This document shows, one piece after another, positions 29,472 through 39,976 of a stretch of 64,000 bases of DNA. The DNA comes from Phycisphaerae bacterium (GTDB lineage: Bacteria; Planctomycetota; Phycisphaerae; UBA1845): NCBI GenBank assembly GCA_963675765.1, contig OY776568.1:347558-411557 (forward strand), in the 5' to 3' direction. Every line of letters begins with the position of its first letter. Position 1 is the first letter of the stretch. A program made the translations under genes and the position numbers. A model generated the notes under the pieces. That model saw only the letters and a program-made list of their open reading frames with translations, searched no databases and was not told where the DNA came from.

Positions 29472-30797
29472 TCAGTTACTACCGCCAAGGAAGCCCTTGT
29501 AATTACGCATGATCAGGTTGGCCTCTATTCGTTGGACAAGATCCAAGGCAACGCTAACCACAATCAGCAGACCAGTTCCTCCCAGAAACGCCGAGACGCT
29601 GAAGGGGATCTCCAGCCAGATAGCGACGATGGTTGGAATCAGTGCGATCAGAGCCAGGAATGCAGCCCCCACATAGGTTATCCGCCCCATGACTCGCTCA
29701 AGGTAATCGGCAGTCCTCTTACCCGGACGCAGCCCGGGAATGAAGCTACCATAATCTCTCAGATTGTTCGCCATCTCCTTGGGCTGGAACTGCACAGTGG
29801 TCCAGAAGTACGCGAAGAAGTACACCATAGCAACATATGCCAAGGTATAGAGGTAGTTGCCTGGTGAGAAGGCATGGCCCAGGCTATTCCACATATCCCA
29901 TCGAATAAGGCCATTGAGCCACTGGAAAACATAGCCGGGGAACATCATCAAAGTACTCGCGAAGATGATGGGCATAACACCGCCGTGGTTGACTCGAAGC
30001 GGCAAGTAGTTGCGCTGCCCGCCATAGACGCGGCGTCCGCGAGTCTGCTTGGCCTGCTGGATGGGGATACGCCTTTGGCCCTGAGTGATCAGGATTGAGC
30101 CCGCAACAACACCGACGAATGCGAGGATTAAGAAGACGATCTTGCCTGGCCCCATCGCGTCAGGGTTGTTGGTGTTCATGCTAAGGTCGGCCTGGCGAAT
30201 TACGTAAAAGACGGCGTTGGGCATCCTAGCGACAATACCGGCCATGATGATTAGGGAGATACCGTTTCCGATCCCGTACTCGTCAATCTGCTCACCAAGC
30301 CACATGAGGAATACGGTTCCGGTGGTCAAACAGGTTACCGCGAGGAGGAAGTAGAACCATGATTGCCGGAAGTCGGCATATATCATACCGCCGGAGTATA
30401 GGTGCTTCATCCACATGGTGCCCTGGATTATGCAGAGGCCAACCGTAGCATACCTGGTATACTCCTGGATCTTCTTGCGTCCGGTGTCGCCCTCTTTCTG
30501 CAGCTTCTCGAGCGCAGGGATAACCGTGACGAGGAGTTGGAAGATAATGGAGGCGGAGATATACGGCATAATACCCAAGCCAAAGATAGTGCTCTGGCTC
30601 AAGTTTCCTCCGGTAAAGAGAGCGAATACATCGGCCAAGTCGCCACCGGGCCGACCCCCGCCAAGCATTCTTTCCTGGTTAACGCCCGGAACGGGAACGT
30701 AAAAGCCGATCCGGTAGATTGCGAGGAGCCCCAGAGTGAACAGAATCTTGTTCCTCAGTTCCCTGACTCGCCAGATGTTAATGAAAGTTCCAAACAT
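29472..30797 (-). CDS. secY: Preprotein translocase SecY
   Basis: LGIMPYISASII, GNGISLII, PGLRPGKRT, GGTGLLIVV. Confidence 0.98.
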   Translation of the reverse strand: MFGTFINIWRVRELRNKILFTLGLLAIYRIGFYVPVPGVNQERMLGGGRPGGDLADVFALFTGGNLSQSTIFGLGIMPYISASIIFQLLVTVIPALEKLQKEGDTGRKKIQEYTRYATVGLCIIQGTMWMKHLYSGGMIYADFRQSWFYFLLAVTCLTTGTVFLMWLGEQIDEYGIGNGISLIIMAGIVARMPNAVFYVIRQADLSMNTNNPDAMGPGKIVFLILAFVGVVAGSILITQGQRRIPIQQAKQTRGRRVYGGQRNYLPLRVNHGGVMPIIFASTLMMFPGYVFQWLNGLIRWDMWNSLGHAFSPGNYLYTLAYVAMVYFFAYFWTTVQFQPKEMANNLRDYGSFIPGLRPGKRTADYLERVMGRITYVGAAFLALIALIPTIVAIWLEIPFSVSAFLGGTGLLIVVSVALDLVQRIEANLIMRNYKGFLGGSN

Positions 30798-30853
30798 CTA
30801 CTACCTCTCACGCAAGGGTGTGACGGAATCGCCCATTGATCGAGGATTCCCGA

Positions 30854-31300
30854 TCAAATGACAATGACTTCGCCTCCCGCAGCAGTGATCTTCTGCTCGG
30901 CAGACTTGCTGAACTTCGAAGCCTCAACCTTGAGCTTCTTTGTGCATTCGCCCTCGCCCAGCACCTTTACCTTGTAGCGAAGATTCCGGATCAAACCTGC
31001 CTCCAAAATCGCCTCTGGAGTGATGTGAGTTCCGGCATCGAACCGTTGCTCCAAATCACCCACGTTTACCACACTGTATCTGGTGCGGAAGGGGAAATTG
31101 CTGAAGCCACGTTTGGGCATTCGGCGGAACAAGGGCATCTGCCCTCCTTCCATCATGGTGCGTCGAGTGCTGCCAGCGCGTGAGCCGGCACCCTTGTGGC
31201 CACGGCCGGCGGTTTTGCCCCAGCCACTGCCCGTGCCGCGTCCGATTCGCTTTCGCTTCCGGTTAGCACCGGCCAGTTTTAGGATTTCAGCTAGTTCCAT
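30854..31300 (-). CDS. rplO: 50S ribosomal protein L15
   Basis: GRGTGSGWGKTAGRGHKG...EGGQMPLFRRMPKRGF. Confidence 0.97.
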   Translation of the reverse strand: MELAEILKLAGANRKRKRIGRGTGSGWGKTAGRGHKGAGSRAGSTRRTMMEGGQMPLFRRMPKRGFSNFPFRTRYSVVNVGDLEQRFDAGTHITPEAILEAGLIRNLRYKVKVLGEGECTKKLKVEASKFSKSAEQKITAAGGEVIVI

Positions 31301-31360
31301 AATCCCTATCCTGCGTCGTATAAGTCACTAATAACCCTGATCCACCGCACCCCGCAAGGC

Positions 31361-31873
31361 CTAGTCTGCGAGTGAGACCCCTCTAAGTTGAGCAATGGTC
31401 TCGCGATCATGAAGCTGAGTCAGCGCGGCAAAGGTAGCCCTAACCAAGTTCTTTGGGCAATTGGAGCCATAGCTCTTGGTAAGCACATCCTTCACACCAG
31501 CCAACTCCAGAACGGCACGCACGCTTGCGCCCGCTATAACGCCGGTACCATGACTGGCGGGAACCAGAACAACTTTCGCAGCCCCGAAACGGCCGATGAT
31601 GCGATGAGGAATAGTCCCATCGACCAGCTTGACCTTTTTGAGGCTGCGAGAAGCAGCCTTCTTGGCTTTTTCCACTGAGAACGGAACTTCCTTAGCCTTA
31701 CCGTAGCCGATACCGACCCGGCCATTCATATCCCCTACAACAACCAGCGAGGAGAAACTAAATCGGCGACCGCCGCGAACCACTTTGGCGCAACGGTAGA
31801 TCTTGACTACGTTCTCAGACAAGCCAGGATCAAGATCGCTGGGACGCTCTTCTTCTTTTGTCATTCGACTCAT
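31361..31873 (-). CDS. rpsE: 30S ribosomal protein S5
   Basis: KVVRGGRRFSFS...GTGVIAG. Confidence 0.97.
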   Translation of the reverse strand: MSRMTKEEERPSDLDPGLSENVVKIYRCAKVVRGGRRFSFSSLVVVGDMNGRVGIGYGKAKEVPFSVEKAKKAASRSLKKVKLVDGTIPHRIIGRFGAAKVVLVPASHGTGVIAGASVRAVLELAGVKDVLTKSYGSNCPKNLVRATFAALTQLHDRETIAQLRGVSLAD

Positions 31874-31948
31874 CGTGTCACCATCTTGCTTGCCTTAGCA
31901 ACTTGCTCCGATATAGCAAAACATCTCATTAGGACGCATGCGACCGAG

Positions 31949-32317
31949 CTAGAACTTAAGCCCGCTCTCCCGCGCGGCATCAGCCAACGCCTTGATCCGT
32001 CCGTGAAAACGGCGTCCATTCCGATCAAAGGCAACAGTTTCAATGCCCTTGCTCTTAGCCCTAGTCGCCAGTGCGTTTCCGACAGCGGCAGCAGCGTTCT
32101 TGTTGCCGCCGGCAGAAAGACTTCCGCGAAGTTCCTTGTCACAAGTGCTGGCCTGACACAACGTAATCCCCTTGTCATCGTCGATGATCTGGGCGTATAT
32201 GTTCTTCAGGCTACGGGTAACGGTAAGGCGCGGCTTTTCCGCGGTACCGAACACGCTCTTGCGAACTCTTTTCTTACGGCGAGCTAACCGGATCGCCTTT
32301 CTATTCGTACTATTCAT
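31949..32317 (-). CDS. rplR: 50S ribosomal protein L18
   Basis: [17 protein letters not shown]...[19 protein letters not shown]. Confidence 0.97.
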   Translation of the reverse strand: MNSTNRKAIRLARRKKRVRKSVFGTAEKPRLTVTRSLKNIYAQIIDDDKGITLCQASTCDKELRGSLSAGGNKNAAAAVGNALATRAKSKGIETVAFDRNGRRFHGRIKALADAARESGLKF

Positions 32318-32392
32318 TCACTTCAAGCCTCATCAGGCCGCATTAACGCAGTAGGCGATGAACCGCCGACCACTCTTAACTACCTTGCTCCA

Positions 32393-32989
32393 CTAACCGC
32401 CCGAGGTCAGCGCCTTGCCGGCCTTACGACGTACCTGCTCGTCGTGATAGCGGATACCTTTACCCTTGTACGGCTCCGGCGGTCTGATCCGCCTGATCTC
32501 AGCGGCGAACTGCCCTACCGCCTGCTTGCAGCACCCGCGGATAATCATCTTGGCAGGGTCGCTATCACCGCGAGCGGCGGCGACTTCAACTTCAACCTCA
32601 ACTCCGGTTGGCACATCGATGACAAACTGAGGCTTGTTCTTTCCACCACGTCCCATGAAGCCACAGTTCAGGTGGAGCTGCCTCCCCTGCAAACTACATC
32701 CGTATCCCGTACCGTATATGTGCAAGCGTTTTTCGAAGCCCTCACTTACACCAAGAACATTGTTCGCCAGCATCGCCCTGGTCATGCCATGCAGGGCTCG
32801 GGCATTGCGGTCATCACCCTGGCGAGTAACGACGAGTGCCTTGGCCTCTTCATCGATGGCCGCAGTCACCGGCGAGGGAACATCAAAGGCGAGTTCGCCC
32901 TTAGGCCCCTTAATGCTTACCTTCTGTCCGGCGATGCTTGCGGTCACACCACTAGGCATGGCTACCGGTTTTTTTCCAATTCGTGACAT
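32393..32989 (-). CDS. rplF: 50S ribosomal protein L6
   Basis: MSRIGKKPV...RPPEPYKGKGIRY. Confidence 0.97.
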   Translation of the reverse strand: MSRIGKKPVAMPSGVTASIAGQKVSIKGPKGELAFDVPSPVTAAIDEEAKALVVTRQGDDRNARALHGMTRAMLANNVLGVSEGFEKRLHIYGTGYGCSLQGRQLHLNCGFMGRGGKNKPQFVIDVPTGVEVEVEVAAARGDSDPAKMIIRGCCKQAVGQFAAEIRRIRPPEPYKGKGIRYHDEQVRRKAGKALTSGG

Positions 32990-33035
32990 TGTGCTCTATC
33001 CTCAGGCAGAGGCAATAAACTTGCTCGCACCGCAA

Positions 33036-33431
33036 TCAATACACGCTGCAAAGCAGCTCACCACCAACATTCTTCTGCCGACACTGCCGGTCACTTAACA
33101 CTCCGGAACTAGTGGAGACTATGGCAATCCCCAACCCATCAAGGACTCTCGGCAGATCGCCACATCGAGCGTAGACACGGCACCCCGGTTTCGATTCCCT
33201 TCGGATTCGATGGATGATGTCCTCGCCCCTGGGACCGTACTTCAAGTCGATCCGCAACAGCCCCTGCCTAGTATCCTCGATTACGTCAAAGCCGTTGATA
33301 TAGCCCTCATCCCTAAGTACTTGGGCAATACCGATCTTCACCTTAGAGGCGGGGATCTCAACGGCTCGCTTGCGCACCCGCACTGCGTTTCTGATGCGAG
33401 TAAGCATGTCTGCGATGGGATCACTCCACAT
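33036..33431 (-). CDS. rpsH: 30S ribosomal protein S8
   Basis: DPIADMLTRIRNA...GGELLC. Confidence 0.97.
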   Translation of the reverse strand: MWSDPIADMLTRIRNAVRVRKRAVEIPASKVKIGIAQVLRDEGYINGFDVIEDTRQGLLRIDLKYGPRGEDIIHRIRRESKPGCRVYARCGDLPRVLDGLGIAIVSTSSGVLSDRQCRQKNVGGELLCSVY

Positions 33432-33529
33432 TTGGCGTCACCTCTTCTCTGCTGATCAATGGCCTCTATTCGACCGGAGCCTAGCTCATCGGCACTCCGC
33501 CCGGTCCGTCCTGCTTCCCTGCCTCTTAT

Positions 33530-33715
33530 TCACCAACTGGCTTTCTTGACCCCAGGGATCAGCCCCTGAAGCGCCAATTCGCGGAAGCAGATACGGCAAA
33601 TCTTGAACTTTTTATAGACGCCGCGGGATCGCCCGCAGCGTTGACATCGGCGAATAACCCGAGTCGAAAACTTGGGAGGGCGTTTGGTTTTTTCCATCCA
33701 GGCACGGGTCGCCAT
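33530..33715 (-). CDS. rpsN: 30S ribosomal protein S14, type Z (zinc-binding)
   Basis: [10 protein letters not shown]...CRICFRELA; 61 aa. Confidence 0.97.
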   Translation of the reverse strand: MATRAWMEKTKRPPKFSTRVIRRCQRCGRSRGVYKKFKICRICFRELALQGLIPGVKKASW

Positions 33716-33717
33716 AA

Positions 33718-34275
33718 CTATTTCCCTTCTTCCTCAGGTCGCTTGAACGGCATGCCCAATTTCTTCAACAGGCACAGGGCGTCGCTATCCTTGCGTGCAC
33801 TGGTGACGAATGTGATATTCATTCCCTGCCGGTACTCCATCTTATCGATGTCGATTTCCGGAAAGATGGTCTGATCAGAGACACCCATCGAGTAGTTTCC
33901 CCGGCCATCGAAGGCGGAGTCACTGAGCCCACGGAAGTCCCTCATACGAGGCACAGCCAGGTTGAAAAGCCGGTCGACAAACTCGTACATTCTCCGGCCA
34001 CGCAGTGTGACCTTAGCACCGATCTCATAACCTGTACGCAGCTTGAAGTTAGAGACGCTCATTCGGGCCTTGCAGATGCAGGCCTTCTGCCCCGTAATAG
34101 TGGCCAAATCAGCAACAGCAGCGGGAATTCTCTTCTTATCCTGCAAAGCCGATCCAAGCCCCATGGAAATCACAACCTTCTCCAGACGCGGGACAGCATG
34201 GGGGTTCTTCATCCCCAGCTCCTCCTTAAGCGAAGGCGCGATTGTGTTCCTGTATGTCTGCAGCAACCTGGGCAT
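33718..34275 (-). CDS. rplE: 50S ribosomal protein L5
   Basis: [12 protein letters not shown]...[10 protein letters not shown]...IFPEI. Confidence 0.97.
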   Translation of the reverse strand: MPRLLQTYRNTIAPSLKEELGMKNPHAVPRLEKVVISMGLGSALQDKKRIPAAVADLATITGQKACICKARMSVSNFKLRTGYEIGAKVTLRGRRMYEFVDRLFNLAVPRMRDFRGLSDSAFDGRGNYSMGVSDQTIFPEIDIDKMEYRQGMNITFVTSARKDSDALCLLKKLGMPFKRPEEEGK

Positions 34276-34362
34276 TTTTGGATTACTCCACTACTTCTTA
34301 CTCTCTAGCCGGCACGAGCCGACTACCCGAACGGAATCTTGAAAGAAGATAGAACCGTCCGC

Positions 34363-34719
34363 CTAAGATCCCTTCTGGGCCTTGGTAACCGTCCCCAGGA
34401 TGGCTCCGGAGGTGGCCACTCTTTTCTTGCCCGCCGTTGAACCATCGGCGCGGCGCTCGACCTGGAACTGCACGCGGCTGCCCCTTTGAGTTTTGGAGTC
34501 GAGAGGGAGCACATTGGAGATGTGCAGCGGCGCCTCTTTCTCGACCCGGCCCCCCTGAGGATGGCGTTTGCTGGGTCGCACGTGTCGGAAAATCACGTTG
34601 ACACCTTCAACCAAGACGAGCTGACGTTTGGGATCGACCCGCAGGACTTTCCCTTGCGCCCCCTTGTGGTCGCCACTGACGACCATGACGATTTCACCTT
34701 TTCTTATGTGACAAGCCAT
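34363..34719 (-). CDS. rplX: 50S ribosomal protein L24
   Basis: [17 protein letters not shown]...EAPLHISNV. Confidence 0.95.
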   Translation of the reverse strand: MACHIRKGEIVMVVSGDHKGAQGKVLRVDPKRQLVLVEGVNVIFRHVRPSKRHPQGGRVEKEAPLHISNVLPLDSKTQRGSRVQFQVERRADGSTAGKKRVATSGAILGTVTKAQKGS

Positions 34720-34761
34720 CGTATGCGATTCCTCGTCCAACCCGCAGGCTACCACTGAGGG

Positions 34762-35178
34762 TTACACAACCTCTTCTGCCAGCGAGATAATCTTCATGAA
34801 CCCCTTCTCGCGAAGTTCACGAGCGACGGCGCCGAAAATGCGAGTGCCGCGTGGCTCGTTGTTCTCATTGAGAAGGACGACGGCGTTGCTATCGAAACGA
34901 ACGTAGCTACCGTCACTTCGACGAGTCGGTCGAGTGGTTCTAACCACAACAGCCTTTGCTCGCCGCCTAGTGGATCGCTCCTTACGATCAGACCCGCCAC
35001 TGAAGTCACTATTGGGAAGCGCCTTCTTGACAGCCACTATCACAATGTCTCCGACGTCAGCCGTCTTCAAGTGGGGCTTGCCCTTACGACTACTCCCGCG
35101 TCCCAGAACGTTAAACACCATGGCGCGTTTGGCTCCGGTGTTATCCGCGACATCAACAATGGTTTGCAGCTGGATCAT
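34762..35178 (-). CDS. rplN: 50S ribosomal protein L14
   Basis: MIQLQT...ADNTGAK...FDSNAVVL...[13 protein letters not shown]. Confidence 0.97.
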   Translation of the reverse strand: MIQLQTIVDVADNTGAKRAMVFNVLGRGSSRKGKPHLKTADVGDIVIVAVKKALPNSDFSGGSDRKERSTRRRAKAVVVRTTRPTRRSDGSYVRFDSNAVVLLNENNEPRGTRIFGAVARELREKGFMKIISLAEEVV

Positions 35179-35242
35179 AATCCTTGGTTCCCAGTCTTAA
35201 TGACCTCGACGGCACCCGATCACCCGGTACCGGTTACGCCTT

Positions 35243-35533
35243 TTAACCCTCAGCGCCTGCCGAACGTATCACGCGAACAAGGCGCCAAGCCTTCTGCTTG
35301 GAGATTGGCCGGCAAGCCATGACTTCCACAAGATCGTCGACCCGTGCCTCATTCTGGGGGTCGTGAACATGAAGCGTCGTACGGCGGCGAATGATCTTCC
35401 CGTACTTGGGGTGACGGCGTGAATAGCGATACAACACTTTGATAGTCTTGTCGCAGCTGTCGGAAACAACGACGCCCTCACGTACTCGTCGCGGCTTGCG
35501 GCTTTGCTCAGTTCCAGTCTTGGTCTCTGTCAT
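35243..35533 (-). CDS. rpsQ: 30S ribosomal protein S17
   Basis: GVVVSDSCDKTI...HPKYGK...RPISKQK. Confidence 0.96.
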   Translation of the reverse strand: MTETKTGTEQSRKPRRVREGVVVSDSCDKTIKVLYRYSRRHPKYGKIIRRRTTLHVHDPQNEARVDDLVEVMACRPISKQKAWRLVRVIRSAGAEG

Positions 35534-35630
35534 ATCTTGCGCCTCAATGGCCTTTCCGTGTTCGCCCGCATATTGCGGCTACGGCAACCGAATCGCACCC
35601 TTCACGCCTCTCCCACCTTTGCCGGGCCCA

Positions 35631-35885
35631 TCAGGCTCCGCGGGTGTGGGTAGCGATTGATTCAAGGTGATACTGCTTCTGCTCAATGCCCGTCTCGCCG
35701 CGTTCCTGCATAACGGTGAAAACTCGGGCAATATCCTTCCTCGCATTGGTGATGAGACTGGGGTTTTCCAGCTTTTCAGTCACCGCCTGGGAGCGGAGGT
35801 CGAACAGGTGGCGTCGCATACGATCCAACTCAGCATGCAACTCCTCAGTTTTCATCTCTCTTATTTCCGAAATCTTCATCGCCAA
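35631..35885 (-). CDS. rpmC: 50S ribosomal protein L29
   Basis: LFDLRSQ...RKDIARVFT; positioned between rplP and rpsQ. Confidence 0.93.
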   Translation of the reverse strand: MAMKISEIREMKTEELHAELDRMRRHLFDLRSQAVTEKLENPSLITNARKDIARVFTVMQERGETGIEQKQYHLESIATHTRGA

Positions 35886-35958
35886 TCGTGCCTGCCTAGT
35901 TCCGCAGCCAAATCCACATCTGCCCGGTGCAAACCAGCCGCGGGCAGTAACCGATTAT

Positions 35959-36378
35959 TCACACGCTATGCCTTCTGGCCACCATGCGGCACTTATAGGG
36001 CATCTTAGCACTCACGCGGGCAAGCGCCTGTCGTGCCGTACTCTCTTCCACTCCACCAATCTCATAGAGAATGGTTCCCGGCTTAACACAGGCAACCCAA
36101 GCCTCGGGCTCGCCTTTACCCTTACCCATACGAGTTTCCAAGGGCTTCGAGGTAATCGACCTGTGCGGGAAAATCCTAATATAAACCTTTCCCTCGCGAT
36201 GAAGGAAGTGGGTAGCGGCAATACGCCCAGCCTCAATCTGTCGGGCGGTGATCCAGCCAGCTTCGAGAACTTGAAGGCCAAACTCGCCATAGGCAACGTA
36301 GTTTCCTCGGGTCGCATTACCCTTCATCTTGCCACGTTGGGTCTTGCGGAACTTGACTCTCTTCGGCATCAACGCCAT
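35959..36378 (-). CDS. rplP: 50S ribosomal protein L16
   Basis: MPKRVKFRK...RMGKGKG. Confidence 0.98.
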   Translation of the reverse strand: MALMPKRVKFRKTQRGKMKGNATRGNYVAYGEFGLQVLEAGWITARQIEAGRIAATHFLHREGKVYIRIFPHRSITSKPLETRMGKGKGEPEAWVACVKPGTILYEIGGVEESTARQALARVSAKMPYKCRMVARRHSV

Positions 36379-36444
36379 GGGTACTGCCTCCGCGTCGGCG
36401 TCCGGTCAACCGGGCCAACGATCTTCCAACCACACCCGATTGGG

Positions 36445-37143
36445 TTAACCTCGCTTACCCTTCATATACGCCCCACGACTCGGCGCACCGGCAAGAGCTA
36501 CCTCTTCGCCATAGCGTCCCTTGTAGATCCATACCTTGACACCGATAGCTCCATACTTGGTGAAGCTGGTGGCAAAGCCGTAGTCCACATGAGCCTGCAG
36601 CGTGTGAGCCGGGATAGACCCGCGAATGATCTTCTCCTTGCGAGCCATCTCCGCACCACCAAGGCGTCCTGACACCATGATCTTGATTCCAAGAACACCA
36701 GCGGCAATCGCAGCATCCGAGCGCATCTTCAGAACGCGGCGGAAACCACCCCGCTTTTTGAGCTGCTCAGCAATCGAAGCGGCCACCAGCTGGGAATCAG
36801 AATCGGGAGATTTGATCTCCATAATGTTGACAGTCACCTTTCGGTCGATCATCTCCTCCAGGGCCTCTTTCAGCTTGTCGACCTCAGCCCCCTTCGGACC
36901 GATGACCAAGCCAGGCCTGGCGGTGTGAAGCACAACCTTCACCTCGTTGCGAGTACGGGCGATCACCACCCGGGACACCGCCGCATACGGAGGCTGCTGG
37001 TTCAGTCGCGCGTCGATGAACTTGCGCATCTTCTGATCTTCGAGGAGGAACTCCCCAAAGGCTGCCTTGGGCGCGTACCAACGTGAGCGCCAGTCTTCCG
37101 TGATACCGACTCGAAAACCTGTTGGATGAACCTTCTGACCCAC
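36445..37143 (-). CDS. rpsC: 30S ribosomal protein S3
   Basis: MGQKVHPTGFR...GRLGGAEMAR...GVKVWI. Confidence 0.98.
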   Translation of the reverse strand: MGQKVHPTGFRVGITEDWRSRWYAPKAAFGEFLLEDQKMRKFIDARLNQQPPYAAVSRVVIARTRNEVKVVLHTARPGLVIGPKGAEVDKLKEALEEMIDRKVTVNIMEIKSPDSDSQLVAASIAEQLKKRGGFRRVLKMRSDAAIAAGVLGIKIMVSGRLGGAEMARKEKIIRGSIPAHTLQAHVDYGFATSFTKYGAIGVKVWIYKGRYGEEVALAGAPSRGAYMKGKRG

Positions 37144-37216
37144 GGTAAGCTCCGTTTGTCTCCACCGCTAACGGTGGTCTGTTCCCTGGACGCGGAACGA
37201 GTAAACCCGCCGCGTC

Positions 37217-37588
37217 TTAACGCTCCGACACTTTGATAACCAGATGACACGTACGTTTTGCAATAGGATGGGCCCGCCCCCGATCTTTGGGACGGAATCG
37301 CCTGTAATAGGGGCCACCATCAACTCGTGCCTCTGCAACGAATAGCCGACTCATGTCAGCTTCCTGCTCATCCGCGTTGACCATGGCCGAACGCAGTACG
37401 TTTGCGATCAAGCCGGCCGAACGGCGGTGATTAAACTTCAGGAGGTCCATAGCCACATCACAGTCAAGTCCCCTGACAAGGTCCATGACCAGACGGGCCT
37501 TCTGAGCACTCATGCGAGCGTAGCGATGAATCGCCTTCCACTCCTTCTGCTCCACTGGACTCTGTAGTGTATCTGTTGCGTCTGTCAT
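37217..37588 (-). CDS. rplV: 50S ribosomal protein L22
   Basis: RMSAQKARLV...RPKDRGRA...KRTCHL. Confidence 0.96.
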   Translation of the reverse strand: MTDATDTLQSPVEQKEWKAIHRYARMSAQKARLVMDLVRGLDCDVAMDLLKFNHRRSAGLIANVLRSAMVNADEQEADMSRLFVAEARVDGGPYYRRFRPKDRGRAHPIAKRTCHLVIKVSER

Positions 37589-37627
37589 TGACTCACCTAC
37601 CTAACGCGGATTCCTGAACCGTCCGTG

Positions 37628-37894
37628 CTAGCGCTTCCCGCCAGCATGCCCACGGAAAGACCGCGTGGGACTGAATTCGCCGAGCTTGTGCCCGACCATG
37701 TCCTCAGTTACGGTCACGGTCGCAAAGGCCTTGCCGTTGTGCACGTCGAACTTGTGCCCGATGAACTCGGGAACGATCGTACACCTGCGATACCATGTCC
37801 GAATGGGGGACAGATTTCCCGTCTCCTTTGCTGCCATCACCTTGCGGAAGAGTTTCTCTTCCACATGTGGGCCCTTCTTCTGCGAACGTGACAT
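37628..37894 (-). CDS. rpsS: 30S ribosomal protein S19
   Basis: MSRSQKKGP...VGHKLGEFSPTR. Confidence 0.97.
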   Translation of the reverse strand: MSRSQKKGPHVEEKLFRKVMAAKETGNLSPIRTWYRRCTIVPEFIGHKFDVHNGKAFATVTVTEDMVGHKLGEFSPTRSFRGHAGGKR

Positions 37895-38008
37895 AGCCAA
37901 CCTCGTCCCGTCTGGACGTTTAGGGCAATCTCCGGCGAGCAAGCTGCTGTTCGACACCCGTGGGCAACCGCATACAGCCTGTCAATGCCTAGTAAAAAAA
38001 CGATCTAT

Positions 38009-38875
38009 TTACTTCTTGGGCAAAGTCTTCTGCCCATATCGCCGACTCTTCCGCCGACGCAAAATACGCTTGTTGGAGTTCTTGCGTGGGCTCCTGGTGC
38101 CGCCGCCCTTGGCAAGGATACCGCTGGGACTGCAAGGATGGCGACCGCCGCCGCTTCTTCCCTCGCCACCTCCCAAGGGGTGAGCAACCGGGTTCATTGC
38201 GGTACCACGAACGCGTGGCCTTCGCCCCATGTGGCGTTTGCGTCCTGCCTTGCCGACTCGAAGGTTCTGGTGATCGAGATTGCCGATCTGGCCAATAGTG
38301 GCGCGACACTCAACGTGAACCTGCCTCATTTCGCCCGACGGCATGACCAAGGTAGCCCAATCACCTTCACGAGCCAGGAATCGACAAGAAGAACCGGCAC
38401 TTCGTGCGAGCTTCCCGCCCTGCCCGATGTTCAGCTCGATATTGTGCACATCCATACCAACAGGAATGGATCGCAGGGGCATGCAGTTGCCAGCTTTGGG
38501 CTCGACCTTTTCGCCGCTCTCAACAGTGTCGCCGGCAGTCAAACCCAAAGGTGCAAGAATATAACTCTTAGTCTGATCGGCGTAAGCGATCAGGGCAATA
38601 TTACAGGTACGATTGGGATCGTACTCAACGGCCTCAACAGTACCTACCAAGCTGTCTTTGCGTCGCTTGAAATCGATAATGCGGTAGAGCTTCCTGACGC
38701 CACCGCCTCTGTGACGAGCAGTGATCCGACCGTGATGATTACGCCCGCCCTTTCGCACCAACCGCTGGGTAAGCGACTTCTCCGGACGTTTCTTTCGATC
38801 CGTAATCTCCGAGAAATCGTTCACAGACGAATTCCGCCGCCCTGGAGAAGTTGGTCTGTATACCTTTACGCCCAT
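38009..38875 (-). CDS. rplB: 50S ribosomal protein L2
   Basis: [10 protein letters not shown]...[18 protein letters not shown]. Confidence 0.98.
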   Translation of the reverse strand: MGVKVYRPTSPGRRNSSVNDFSEITDRKKRPEKSLTQRLVRKGGRNHHGRITARHRGGGVRKLYRIIDFKRRKDSLVGTVEAVEYDPNRTCNIALIAYADQTKSYILAPLGLTAGDTVESGEKVEPKAGNCMPLRSIPVGMDVHNIELNIGQGGKLARSAGSSCRFLAREGDWATLVMPSGEMRQVHVECRATIGQIGNLDHQNLRVGKAGRKRHMGRRPRVRGTAMNPVAHPLGGGEGRSGGGRHPCSPSGILAKGGGTRSPRKNSNKRILRRRKSRRYGQKTLPKK

Positions 38876-38915
38876 CTAATACCTCGACTGTTTTCTAAGG
38901 CGCCCAAACCGTCCA

Positions 38916-39227
38916 TTAGAACAAATCAATATGCGAGTTCGAGTCCAGAACGATGATAGCCTTTTTCCACGAGGCTGTCTGTCCGACTTTAAAGCGAACC
39001 CGACGTGCCTTGCCCTTGCGGTTCGACGTCCGCACAGAGAGCACCTTCACACCGTAAATTTTCTCGATAGCCTGCTTAATCTCAGGCTTGCTGGCATTCC
39101 GATGCACCTCGAAAGAATACGATCCGCCGCGAGCCTTCTCCCACTTCGTACCGTCGAAGTGCCGCGCTGACTGATGGGTGCCCTTTTCGGTCACCAGCGG
39201 TCTCTTGATTAGGTGGTAAATATCCAT
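38916..39227 (-). CDS. rplW: 50S ribosomal protein L23
   Basis: IKRPLVTEK...ASKPEIKQAIEKIYGVKV...WKKAI. Confidence 0.96.
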   Translation of the reverse strand: MDIYHLIKRPLVTEKGTHQSARHFDGTKWEKARGGSYSFEVHRNASKPEIKQAIEKIYGVKVLSVRTSNRKGKARRVRFKVGQTASWKKAIIVLDSNSHIDLF

Positions 39228-39292
39228 GGCGATCGTTCAGACTTCCATTCGTTAATACTTCGGCACGTTCCTGTTGTGCCAACCCAAGCGGG

Positions 39293-39946
39293 CTAGTTAC
39301 TCTTCCTACCCAACAAAGTCGGATCCGCCTTGAGGCTCTCGAAAGCCTCCTTGGTCATGACCAACTTGCGCCGACGCAGAACTTCAAAAGCATTGATCTC
39401 ACAAACCGGCTTGACTTCTGTCTTGGCGATATTCCGGCCTGCGAGATAGGCGTTGCGATCATTGGCAGCCAGCGCAACAACACAGCCACGATCCGCACCG
39501 AGAGCAGAGAGCATACCTGCAAACACTTTGGTACGAGGCTTGTCGAACTTCAGGTCCTCCACCACAGCAACCTGCCCTGACTGCAACTTAGCGAGAATGG
39601 CATTGTTACGTGCAAGTCGCCGCATCTTCTTGGGAAGATCCTGACTGTAGTTCTGCTTTCCTTTCGCGAAGGCAACACCACCGCCACGACGCACGCAAGT
39701 TCTGATAGCGCCCATACGAGCGTTACCAGTTCCCTTTTGGCGATAGAGCTTACGAGTTGAGCCCTCAACCATACCGCGACTTTTGGTGGCGGAAGTATTC
39801 TGTCGCGCGTTCGCCTGGTACATCACTACTGCCTGCTTGAGCAGCTTTGGACGAACCTCGCCACCAAGAACGGCCGGGTCTATCTCGAGAACGCCGCTCT
39901 TTTGACCGTCCATCTTGTATACAGGTACTTCAATCATCGAACTCAA
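39293..39946 (-). CDS. rplD: 50S ribosomal protein L4
   Basis: RQKGTGNARMG...GGGVAF...LPKKMRRLA. Confidence 0.97.
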   Translation of the reverse strand: MSSMIEVPVYKMDGQKSGVLEIDPAVLGGEVRPKLLKQAVVMYQANARQNTSATKSRGMVEGSTRKLYRQKGTGNARMGAIRTCVRRGGGVAFAKGKQNYSQDLPKKMRRLARNNAILAKLQSGQVAVVEDLKFDKPRTKVFAGMLSALGADRGCVVALAANDRNAYLAGRNIAKTEVKPVCEINAFEVLRRRKLVMTKEAFESLKADPTLLGRKSN

Positions 39947-39976
39947 GCTCTAGGCCTTAACGGCCGGGACAACTTA

